From the NCBI GenBank assembly GCA_016748015.1, contig JAAOMT010000678.1, positions 1 through 25,773 on the forward strand: DNA of 25,773 bases. Direction: 5' to 3'. Position 1 is the first letter of the stretch. Each line of letters begins with the position of its first letter. Origin of the DNA: Geosiphon pyriformis uo1. Its lineage: Eukaryota > Fungi > Glomeromycota. This document shows positions 1-10,519 of this stretch, in pieces. The position numbers and the translations under genes are program-made. The notes beneath the pieces are model-generated. The model saw only the letters and a list, made by a program, of their open reading frames with translations. It ran no database searches and was not told where the DNA came from.

Positions 1-774
1 TTAAACTCAAGTTAATTAATTTTTTTTTTGGTTATATTATTTTTAAAATTAGTAGTTATAATTGTTGTAGTTATAATTGTTTAATTTTTATTATTATTAA
101 TATTTTGTTGTTATAACTTTTATGTTTTTAATAATTTTAAATTTAACTGTTTTAAAAATTGGCATTTTATATAAATATTATTATTATTACAAATCTTAAA
201 ATTAAAAAATTTTATTTTTAGATTATAAAACATTACTATTTTTTTTCTTAAGTTTTTTTTAAGTCTGTTAATAACTTAAAAACTTGTTTTATTTTTTGTT
301 TATATAAAATTTTATGCTAAAACTTTTGTTTTTTTGGCTTTTTTTATTATTATATTTTTAACTAGTTTTTTTGTTATTTTTTGTTTAATTTTAGTCTAAA
401 TTTTTCACTTTAATTATTTTTTTGATTAAAAATATGTACAAAAATTTTAAGATAAAAAAATTTAATTATTATAAAATATACTACTAAATATTTTGTTGGT
501 TTTTTGGCTAATTTATTTAAAAACTTTAATAATCTTAAAATTAAGATAAATTTTAATAACATAATAATATTAATATTAAAATTTTTAAAATTTTTTTTTG
601 AATGATAAAATTATTAATTATTTAAAAATTTTGTAATAAATAAATCAAAAATTTTTCTCTTGTTAATCCCCCAGTTACAACAAAAGCAAGATATTGCTGA
701 AAAAATATTTGTTCCTATTTTCAGTTTCTTTTATTTTCTTAACTATTTCTTTAGACATATCTTTATTTGTAAAT

Positions 775-2732
775 ATAAAACCAGCAAGCTTTGTTGCTGG
801 TAGTTCTGGATCTACTTCTGCTGAGTTAGAGACCCAGCCAAATGCCAAAAAAAAAAGAATGAATAGTGTGTACTTTCACAGTATGTTTTACAAAAAGCCT
901 AAGAATTTTAAGAATCCTAAAATCAACATTAGTGTAGTTGATTCATTTGCTGGCTCATTAGGTTTAACTAATATTGGCAATGTTGATTATAAGTTTTCGA
1001 AGTCTTAGAGTAGTGAAATAGAAAGTAAAGCAAATAGTATAAGTAATCTGTTGGACTTAAAGAACATAAAAAATACTGTCACTAAAAAAACTAGTTATAC
1101 TGACTTAAACACTTTAATAATAGATAACATAAAAGACAATACTATACTCAAGAAAATGTGCACTTACATATATATATTAGATTAATTTCTGAAAACTTCT
1201 TTATTTAACATTTTAAGTAATAATGAAAATACTGTGGCTCTTTTGTCTTTTAAGTTCACAGACTCCAAAAAATTGTACTTGGTTGGATTACATGTATTGA
1301 AAAAGAGAATTTTCGATCCTTATAGGTCATTTGCATTGGATATTGAGTTATTTGTCTTACTTAACAAGACTATTAATGACAAGTTGATTGCTGTAAAAAA
1401 ATTTTCTATTAAATTAACAGTTTTAGGGAGGTATTTGCTTTCTCAAAATTTTCTGACATTATTAGATTTTTTTACTTTCGAATTTAGTTTAATCAAGGCC
1501 AAAAAAATAACTATCTATAAGAAAATTTTGGTGAATAATAAGGTTAAGAAACCAAATAATCAGTCAGATCGAGAAGTAATTGTCAAAAAAATTCCAGTTG
1601 ATTTTCTCAAATCAGCTATGGAATTAATCTTTTCCAAATTTGGCAAGATTGTTTTAATCAAATTTTATTTGATTGGTCTTTGGCAAAAGACTTTAGTTGA
1701 GTTTGAATCATCTAATATTGCCAGTTTGGTTGCTTTTAAATAATTGGTACTTATAAAAAAAGACTTTGTGCATGTAACTTTGATGATTGAGAATAAACAA
1801 TCATGAATATTAAGAGATTAATATAAGGCTTTGTTGTATACTCTTCTGATTGGCACAACAGTTTATGATTTGTCTGAATTGTTGGTATTATATGGTAGGA
1901 AAACTTGTTTTATTGGCTATAATTCAGTTATATATGTTCATGATAGATGTGTTGTGATTTGTTTTAGTAATAAGACATTTAGATTGGCTGTTGTTAGTTC
2001 TATTCCTATCTTCAAGTGTGTGAATTTGCATTGGGCTAGTCTTTTTTTGGCTTGTTGTGTTAGTTGTAAACAATTTAGTCATGTTTTTGTTAATTGTTTA
2101 ATGAATAAAAATTCTGGTGCTTATAGTAAGCAGATAATAACTTTTTAGAATCAGATTCGTCTGGCCAATATTTATAAGAAAAAACAGACACTTATCATTT
2201 GCCCAGTTTTTTTTAATGGCAAAACTTAGGCCCAAGTTGCTAGTGGTTTTTCTTTTTATGTGGTTTTGTCAGATTTTTTGGTACTGATTCATTTTCAGGT
2301 TTAAAACCTATTTTAGTAGTTTTCAGTCCTCTTGATGTTTCTAATTTAATTGATTGTTTAAATTCTTTGGAGTACTCTTTAGAGTTTTTGGCTAATTAAG
2401 TGTCCAGTATTTTAAAAAAATTGAGTTTTAATAAAATGGCTCTATTGGCATTTTTTTCTCATGTTTCTTCTAAAGTCATTTTTGAGTCTCTGGTTTCAAA
2501 TTTAGATATAAATATGGCTTTAGATAGTGTGTTGATGTTATTTGCTCCTCTTCTTTCAGCTGTTGATAGTGCAGTTGCAGGCCTCAGCTCAAATAGTTTT
2601 AGAGTATTAACCTCCAAAATGGGTGGTCTGAAATTAAAAATAGTGGCTTTAGAAGTATTAGTAAATTTGGTCTTAGAAAAATTAAATTGTTTGTGTTCTG
2701 GTCTGAATTTGCCAGCTCTCTTTTTATCTTAA
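775..2732 (+). pseudogene. LINE-A ORF1, nucleic-acid-binding protein (two RRM-like domains, CCHC knuckle, C-terminal coiled coil), fragmented
   Basis: VIVKKIPVDFLKSAMELIFSKFGKIVLIKFYLIGLWQKTLVEFES (RRM-like); LYTLLIGTTVYDLSELL...CVVICF (second RRM-like); CVSCKQFSHVFVNC = C-x2-C-x4-H-x4-C; heptad-like VLTSKMGGLKLKIVALEVLVNLVLEKL. Many in-frame stops. Start inferred from a possibly decayed ATG (ATA at 775). Confidence 0.85.
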
Positions 2733-5700
2733 TAAGTGGACTGGTTTGGAAATTTGCTATATGCAATGTTAAAGATATGAACAATTTTGCTAAGCAAAAA
2801 GATATTATTTGTTGGCATAAAGTAATAAATAATCTGGTTATTATCATTACTAAAACAAATTTAAAGGATAAAATTTGTTCTTAGATTATAAATAAATTTG
2901 ATAACATTTATGTGTTTACTTCTGGTTTGAATTCTGGCTACTTGAGCTTTGATATTGCTATTATAATAAATATTGGTTTGGCAAAACATATATGCAAAAT
3001 TTCGGATGTGATTGACAGACTCTTGTCTATAAAGCTGCTTTTTAAGAATAAGTTGTCTGTTTTAATTTTGGGTCTTTATGCTAGTACCACTCTAGCCATA
3101 CATCTGTCTCAAGCTAGTGATGTCAACTTGCTGATTGCAAAAACAGTGAATGAATTTTTTTTTGTTATCTTGAGTAGAAATTTCAATAAAGATAGTTTAT
3201 GTAGGTGTACCAGTTTCAAAAAATGTTTTGATTTAGAATTGGTAAATTCTCTGTTAAGTAGTCCAGTTGTTAAAAATTATACATAGAAGAATTTGAGGGG
3301 TGCTAAGAAGACAATAGACTATGTATTTGTTTTTTCAAATTTAGTCAATATGGTAGTGAGTCATAATGTGTTGGATGTCAGTAAACACTTTGATACTGAC
3401 TACTAAGCTGTTTCTATGTCTATGAGTTTGAATGGACTGTTGAATATACAGTTAAATTTTTTTTATAAATAGGCAAATAGAAATTTTTGGAAGTTTAATG
3501 TCAAAAATGCTGGTAAGACAAATTGGTATAAGTTTAAAGAATTTACAGTAACTAATACAGCATTGTTTTTTGATAAGTTTGTTGTTTCCAAGAGGTTTTT
3601 GGATTTAAATACTATGTGGAATGTTGTTCACAAGATAATGTGTCTCTCAGTAAATGAAATTTTCAAGAAAAAATGGTTTAAAAATTATGATGGTGTCTTT
3701 ATCAAGAAATTTTTTAAGTTTTATAAACTAAAAATTTTAGTGTTGAAAATTGTCAAGTCTTTGCATGAGGGTGTTAAAAGTATTTTTGAATCTTTAATAA
3801 GCTGTTAGATATTGATAAAACTTTGTCTATTCAGGTTCTGTTGGATTCTAATACAGATCTTGATTATGTACATTTGGTTTTTTTTAGTATAAGAAAATCA
3901 TATTGTGTCTTCAAGTTTGCTGAGTCTTTGCAGACTAAGGAGTCTTAAATAAAGTCAGCTATTAATAAACAGATGGAAAGTTTTGCAATCAATAAGAGTT
4001 ATACAATCAGATATGTGCTGGAGCATCATTTTTAAAAGGTGGTATTGAACTATCTGGTCATTGAGAATAAACTAATTTTGGAGCCTAATCTGGTTAAGAC
4101 TAAGGTAAATGGGATTATGGAAGACTGAACTAGGAAACATAAAATAGTAGCAGATTTATCTGATAATTAGTCTTATTAATATTGGCCTTTGGAGTATATT
4201 TTTGATGAGGCTTTTTCAAATATAATGTGTTCAATTGGTTTCAATGAGTTGCTTAGTATGGTTTTTAATCTGCCTAATGGCAAAGCTGCTGATTTTTTTG
4301 AAGTCTCAAATGAACTTTGGAAGCACTGTGACAAATTAGTCTTAGATATGCTTTTAGTGCTTTTGAATTTTTGTTTGTCTTAAAATTGGTGTTTGGTGCT
4401 TGAAAAAAAGCTTGGATTTTGATGATTTCCAAGTTTTATTAGTGAAAAGAGATTCTTACAAATACTTATTCTATTGCTTTAATTAAAACTGCTTATAAGA
4501 TTCTTTTTAAGATTCTCTCAGACAAGATTTCTTTGGCATGTAATGCTTATGATGTATTGCAAAGGAACAATTTCTCAGTTTTAAAAGATACAACAATACA
4601 ATTTTCTATTTTTGCTGTTAATTTAGTTATTGAGAATGCTTTGGAAAAAGACTGTGAACTCTGGCTGGTCTTGCAGGACATGCAAAAGGCCTATGATTCT
4701 GTTAAATAGAAGCATCTTAGAAGAAACTTGGTCAGGATAAAGATATGTGACAAATTTATTAGATTTTTTGGTAGTATTTACAATAATTGTGTTAACAGAG
4801 TTATAACTGATTTTGGGTTGACAAATAAGTATCAGATACATGATGGTTTGAATCAAAATGAAGTGTTTTTACCTCTTTTTTGGTGTATATTTTATGATTC
4901 TCTTTTATATGAAGTCAAAAGACAAGAAAGTATGTGTGTATATAGATTGAATTCTTATTTTATTGCCAAAACTGGTTGTGTAAAATTTTAGGCTAAATTG
5001 ACATCTTTTCTTGTTACTGGAGCTTTTGTTAATAATACAATCTAAGTTGGTTACAGTTAGACTACAATACAACATATTCTCAATATTGCTAGTGAATTTT
5101 TTAGAATTAATAATATTTTTATTAATAATAATAAAACAGTGACTATTCCTATTAATTGCAGAATTGAATGCTCTTTTTTGTTAATATGTAATTTGCCTAT
5201 TTTTATTGCCAAGAAAAAGAAGTTTTATTATTATCTAGATATTTTTTTGTTCACTGAAGATTTGTCAAAGTCTAATTTGGTTAAGGCATATTCAGATATC
5301 AGGTTTTTTGCCAATCTTGTGCTAAAGAAGACCATTTCAGATAAACAGTTCTCATATTTAGTATCAGCTGTTCTCTATCCTATTGTTAGTTACAAAATGC
5401 AGTTTAGTTTTATTCCTATTGGAGTGTGTAAGAAATGGAATGCTTTGATTTGCAAAAGCTTAAAATTGAAATCTGGTCTGCTTCTTAACTTTTGCAGCAA
5501 TGCGCTTTACTATTCTTTATTATATGGTTTAAAAATTTTTGAACAAGTTCAGACTGAGAGCAAAATGGCTTCTGTTGTGTGGTTTGCAAATTCTGTTGAG
5601 ATTTTGGGTCGTTTGTTTTTATACAGGTCTCTTGATTTGCAGGCTCTAAGTTGGTGTCCACTCTATCATTTAAGTTCTCCAGCTTGTATTAGGATCAATT

Positions 5701-7409
5701 CATTTAATAACTTTTTGATGAGCATGGTTTGTATTTTTCTTAGGTACAATTTATCTTTGAGTGGTCCAATAGTCAGTTCTTTTTATTTTTGGGATGAAAC
5801 TCCTATGTTAGTTGTTCTTGTTGAGTGTTAGTTCTTTAAGTTTTTCCTTTTACTTTAGCAATATGACATAGCCTTTTTGGAGCAGCTTTGTAGTCGGAAG
5901 GGTGCTGTTTTTGATTGGAAAACCTTTAAGCATTGAAAAAAACTGGACTTACATGGCTTTGTTTTTGATTAATTTAAGTTTTCTGTTGATTTTTTTAATA
6001 ATGTGGCTTTTTTTTCTACTGGTCTTTTTTCTTTGAATGGTTTTAGACTTTTAAATATTCTGAAGTCTAATGAGTTTAGGCATATTCATGATTGTTTGTT
6101 AGATATTATAGCTGACAGCCTTTCTGTTTATACAGATAGATTTCTGAGAAACTTGAAAAGTGCTAACATGAGGACTAAAACAGTGGTTTTTTTTGAGGAT
6201 GTAAACTTGGGTTTGAGAATTAAGATTTTTGGTTTGTTATCTTCTACTTTGGCAGAGCTGCAAGTCATTATATTGGCTCTTAAATATGTTTTTTTTTTTA
6301 GCTCAGTTTGGTTTTTTATGAACAATTAGACTGCCTTGAATGCATGCAAGTTGGAATTAAATCTGGTACATCCAAATTTTCGGAATTGGTGTTGGATTGA
6401 ACATTGACATATTGTGATCATTATTAGAGAAAAAAATTTAAATATTAGTTGGTGTAAAGTTAAAGATTATTTGAGTATCTTGAGTAATGAATATGCTGAT
6501 GCACTTGTCAATACTGCTTTTTTTTCTTTCTAGTGTCTTTTTTTTAATGTGAAAAGACATTGTATTTTGGCTGAGAGTATTGTCGTTTTTGATAATTCTA
6601 GACATTTTGTTTATGAAATTTTTTGGTCTATTAATTATGCATATTGGAAGATTGGTTTTGGAGCTAAAATTTTAAATAATAGTTTGTTTTTAGATATTGA
6701 TTGGCCTAGTTCATCTTTGATATGGCAATCTGATTTATATATGGCTGCTAGTTTTACTAATAAGATTATTGTTGACATTCATACATATTTCATGAAAGCT
6801 TTGTATTATCAATTGCCAGTTGTTGTTCAAAAGCACCTATATGACAAGTATTACTCTAATGTATTGTATTTGTATTGTGATAATATTGAGGTTTCAGATT
6901 ATGTTTTTTCTTATGTGGTTAATAATTCAGTTTGTTATCATTTATTAAAAGCCTATATAGCTGTTTGGTATATGCTTTCTGGTTTTTTTTTTTCCTTTTT
7001 ATGTATGTCTCAATTGTTGTTCTCTTGTGTTTCAAATATTGCAGTGTATATAGCTCTTTACAAAAACTTTGTCTTTAGAAATTGGCTTCGAAAAACTGTA
7101 TCTGTTTTTAAAAATTTCAAAGTTGTGAATTAGAAGATTATGAACTTTATACATGGTTTTTGTCTTGCTTTTAGAAAGAAGGTTTGGTTAGTTTGCACTA
7201 AACATTATGTTTTTATGGAAAAAAATAGGCTTATATTATGTAATAATTTAATTTTGAGATTGGTTTCTGAACTGTCTTTATTATTTTTTGCTGGTGTGAT
7301 TAAATTGCTAAGTATTGATAAGGCATTTGGTATTGCTTTTGGGTTTTAGAGATCTTGTTTTTTTTTTTTAGGTCTTAAGAACTCTGTTTCTATTTATATA
7401 GATACTTAA
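2732..7409 (+). pseudogene. LINE-A ORF2 polyprotein (AP endonuclease, reverse transcriptase, RNase H, C-terminal Zn finger), fragmented
   Basis: APE motifs WKFAICNVKDMN, ITKTNL, ILGLYA, RNFN (for GDFN), IDYVF. RT motifs GKAAD..SNELWK, WLVLQDMQKAYDSV, DGLNQNEVFLPL, AFVNNTI (for FVDD, 5025-5036). RNase H motifs VYTDRFL, SSTLAELQVI, WCKVKDY..NEYADAL. C-terminal MKALYYQLPV..LYLYCDNIEVSDYVF. Ends SIYIDT* at 7409, matching SVHIDV* of LINE-B. Confidence 0.92.
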
Positions 7410-7523
7410 TATTGTTTTAATTAGCTTAAATAGCTGGTCATGTGTAGAAAATACATGATTCACATCTAGTTTAGATTGATTATTTGATGTATTGTACTAA
7501 GTAGTGTTTAGATTTTACTTATT

Positions 7524-7548
7524 AAAAATAAAATAAAAATAAAAAAAA
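7524..7548 (+). repeat. A-rich (TAAAA)n/poly(A)-like 3' tail of LINE-A
   Basis: AAAAATAAAATAAAAATAAAAAAAA directly after the TTTACTTATT motif shared with the LINE-B 3' end. Confidence 0.7.
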
Positions 7549-7879
7549 TTAAATTTAATATTAATATAATATTAAAAAAACTAAATTATTTTTAAGTAAG
7601 TTTATTTTTTAATAATGAAAATATAAATAATAATAATATTAAATTATATAAGTTGAGTTTCTTTTTAAATTTTTTTAATTTAGCTTAATTATTTTTTAAC
7701 TTAAATAGTTAATTATATATAAAAAGTATATAAATTAAATTATTTAAATATTATATTATACTAAATAGCAATTAAATTTTATTTTGTTAAAATAAATAAA
7801 TGTATTTTATTTTTATTATAATTAATATTTTTTTTAAAAACAACTAATTAATAACAAAAATAACAAAAAAAATATTAAA

Positions 7880-8443
7880 NNNNNNNNNNNNNNNNNNNNN
7901 NNNNNNNNNNNNNNNNNNNNNNNNNNNNNNNNNNNNNNNNNNNNNNNNNNNNNNNNNNNNNNNNNNNNNNNNNNNNNNNNNNNNNNNNNNNNNNNNNNNN
8001 NNNNNNNNNNNNNNNNNNNNNNNNNNNNNNNNNNNNNNNNNNNNNNNNNNNNNNNNNNNNNNNNNNNNNNNNNNNNNNNNNNNNNNNNNNNNNNNNNNNN
8101 NNNNNNNNNNNNNNNNNNNNNNNNNNNNNNNNNNNNNNNNNNNNNNNNNNNNNNNNNNNNNNNNNNNNNNNNNNNNNNNNNNNNNNNNNNNNNNNNNNNN
8201 NNNNNNNNNNNNNNNNNNNNNNNNNNNNNNNNNNNNNNNNNNNNNNNNNNNNNNNNNNNNNNNNNNNNNNNNNNNNNNNNNNNNNNNNNNNNNNNNNNNN
8301 NNNNNNNNNNNNNNNNNNNNNNNNNNNNNNNNNNNNNNNNNNNNNNNNNNNNNNNNNNNNNNNNNNNNNNNNNNNNNNNNNNNNNNNNNNNNNNNNNNNN
8401 NNNNNNNNNNNNNNNNNNNNNNNNNNNNNNNNNNNNNNNNNNN
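7880..8443. other. Assembly (scaffold) gap, 564 N
   Basis: Run of N bases. Confidence 1.
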
Positions 8444-8459
8444 ATATAACAATATTATA

Positions 8460-9292
8460 GATAATAAAAATCTTAACTTTTTGCTAACAGTAAATTGTAA
8501 TTTTTTTGTTTAAATTGTTGTTTAATATTACTTTCTGTATCTAATTTGAGTTTTTTAGGAGTTTTAATATTGTGGTTTTTTTTAAGCTATAAGTAATAAT
8601 TTTGTGTATATAATTTAATTTTTTGTTAATAAAAAGAAGAATTTCTGTAGCTGCTTTTTTAGTAATTAAAATTGAATATAATAGTAAATTTTAATAAATC
8701 TGTTTTTCGAGTTTTTAATATCTATTGTTTTACTTAAATAATAGTTGATCTTGGCATATTACAATACAAAAAATCACTTTTAGTTACAAATATTTTTTTT
8801 TGAAATTTCTAAATTTTTTAAAAATATTAATATAATGCTTTTCTAAAAAACAAATTTTTTTTTTAATTGTTTTAATAGTTATTACTTTGTAAGTTTTTTA
8901 AATATTTTGTCTTGGAATTTTATAATTTCACAGAAAACACTAAATATTATAAGTAAATTTGGTAAGGTATGTTTATAAGATTTGGCATACATAATTTGAT
9001 AATAAAAGTCAATTAAATATAAATAAATTGGTTTTGTTGGTTAAATTAATTATTATTTTTTGAAAAATTTTTGTTTGGAGTTCTATTTATTGAGTTTTTT
9101 GTTATAAAACACAAAAATGTTGTTACTTTAAATATAGTGTTATAGTTATGTTTTTTTTGAGTTAATAAGCACAGTTACTAAAATTTAGTATTGTTTTTTT
9201 GCTTTTTTAATAAACTAACAAAATAAAATTAATATTTAAACTTAAAAAAAGCTTTTTTTTAGCAAGTTATTACAAAGTTTATTCTCAAACAG
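8460..9292 (-). mobile_element. Highly decayed remnant resembling the N-terminal gag extension of the same Gypsy group
   Basis: Minus-strand peptides AKINYYLSKTIDIKNSK and ITKKAATEILLFINKKIKLYTQ resemble ARINYHIRKEEEPHNTK and TTKKVAVIAMTIVKIHCKIEQY in ORF 15649-15993. Similarity is weak and judged by eye. Confidence 0.4.
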
Positions 9293-9855
9293 TATTACAA
9301 GAGGGTTTTCTTAGTATATTTTAATTGTTAATATCCTGTTTTAATTGCAATTAGTCTCTCATGAGTTTCTCAATTTTATGTGTTAGATATTAATGATAAT
9401 GTACTGAAAATTTTCTCTTGATGTTGTGATGTAAGTCTTTTCTTTAATTCTAGTTGTCTTTATATGTTGTGTACTTTTTCCCAGAGGCTAATCTGAAATC
9501 TACCTACTGTCTGAGGTTTTCTCTGAGGCTATTCTTGCAATTGTCTAATGTGTTTCTCTAATCTAGAAACACGGAATATTAATGGTTTTTTTGTGATTTC
9601 CCTAAGTATATAATAAAACTTTTTTAATTTAATTAGTAACCACGTGAATAATCTTAATCAGAGATTATTCTTTCAAAAAGTTCAAAGATAGAATGATAGT
9701 TTCATTCGCTAGAAAGAATATGAGAACTCTATTGTTAATCTTATAATTGTAATATTAATTCAATTTATTATTTTTATTAATTTTTTTTGAATAAAATTTT
9801 ATTTAGATATTTGTTGCTTTGAGTTGAAGCTGTTTTTTCTTCATCATTAAAACTA

Positions 9856-9870
9856 TTATATATATATATA
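9856..9870 (-). promoter_or_regulatory. (TA)7 tract, candidate TATA box in LTR U3
   Basis: Reads TATATATATATATAA on -, about 190 nt inside the LTR 5' end. Function inferred from position only. Confidence 0.35.
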
Positions 9871-9924
9871 ATTATTGTTTTGCAAAATAATGTCTTGTAA
9901 TACTTTATTTCCATTATTTCTAAA

Positions 9925-9968
9925 TAGTGCTTGCTGCTATTGTATGGTAGTGCTTGCTGTTATTTGTA
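9925..9968. repeat. Imperfect tandem duplication (about 23-bp unit) in LTR U3
   Basis: TAGTGCTTGCTGCTATTGTATGG followed by TAGTGCTTGCTGTTATTTGTA. Confidence 0.85.
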
Positions 9969-10059
9969 AATCATTTTTTTTATAAATTGTTGCTGTGCTA
10001 TTTCATAATTGGCTAATTTATATTATTTATAATTCCTATTAAATTCTTGAACTGTAACA

Positions 10060-10074
10060 TTATCCTCTCCTTTC
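10060..10074 (-). promoter_or_regulatory. Polypurine tract (plus-strand primer)
   Basis: Minus strand GAAAGGAGAGGATAA immediately followed by the LTR start TGTTACA. Confidence 0.88.
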
Positions 10075-10287
10075 AAAATTAAGCTTTGTTGAAATTGAAG
10101 TTAATTTCTTCATTGATTTCTATATTACTATAATAATCTAATACTGTATTATTAATTTGTTGTTGTAAATTTTAAAATTGTAAATTGGTTAATCATCCAA
10201 TGCTATTAATTGTTATAAGATTCATAGTTAAATTCAATAATACTTTGTAACAATTTTCAAAAGCCTTAAAAATTTTGTAAACAGCTT

Positions 10288-10488
10288 TTATATAAAGTAT
10301 ATTGTTGGTTTTTCCAATAAAACTTTCCAATTGTTGTATTGTTGTTTTGCTGAATACTTTGACTGAATCTTTTGAGTATAATGTTTTGATAATTTCTGGA
10401 ACTTAATTAGTTCTTTTATCAGTGTGTCTTCATCTAACTGTAGTGTTTTCAAGTATTGGCTAAGATTTTTGTAAAGGTAATTGTCCAT
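10288..10488 (-). pseudogene. Short ORF at the integrase position; probable N-terminal remnant of an internally deleted integrase
   Basis: Own ATG 31 nt after the RNase H-frame stop, in a different frame; no HHCC or DDE motif visible before the PPT. Assignment rests on position and weak resemblance to the helical segment preceding Gypsy integrase Zn domains. Confidence 0.45.
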
Positions 10489-10519
10489 TGTTTATAAATT
10501 GGTTGTTGTTTGATGGTTT

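Larger units (their letters stand above)
652..7548 (+). mobile_element. LINE-A: full-length degenerate non-LTR retrotransposon (APE-RT-RNase H type)
   Basis: Collinear + strand fragments give ORF1 (RRM, RRM, CCHC) then ORF2 (APE, RT, RNase H, Zn finger) and an A-rich tail. Homologous end to end with 18345-25182 (-), including the 5'UTR (TTATTTTCTTAACTATTTCTT vs TTATTACTCTTACTATTTCTT) and 3' end (TTTACTTATTAA). The 5' boundary is approximate. Confidence 0.93.
9293..10059 (-). repeat. 3' LTR of Gypsy-A (767 bp)
   Basis: 9293-~9863 aligns with 16076-16623. Plus-strand termini TATTACA...TGTAACA are a TGTTACA/TGTAACA inverted pair with one G>A change. The right end abuts the PPT. Confidence 0.9.

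Noticed and set aside
1-645. Possible decayed Gypsy gag remnant hosting LINE-A (continuing 7550-7879)
   Set aside because: Too AT-saturated to support with recognisable motifs.
647-653. AAAAATT as TSD of LINE-A (also 7544-7550)
   Set aside because: Plausible but too low in complexity; several alternatives exist nearby.
694-774. Signal-peptide-like N-terminus MLKKYLFLFSVSFIFLTISL
   Set aside because: Non-ATG start in the T-rich LINE 5'UTR; the equivalent LINE-B region has an in-frame stop just upstream of 25054.
2732-7409. Alternative genetic code or RNA editing to explain in-frame stops
   Set aside because: All three stops occur, at different positions in the two copies, alongside frameshifts and missense transitions; mutational decay explains this.
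7844-8452. 202-aa ORF on -
   Set aside because: Artefact of translating through the N gap.
9641-9646. CACGTG E-box in the 3' LTR
   Set aside because: A single 6-mer, CACATG in the other LTR; no support for function.
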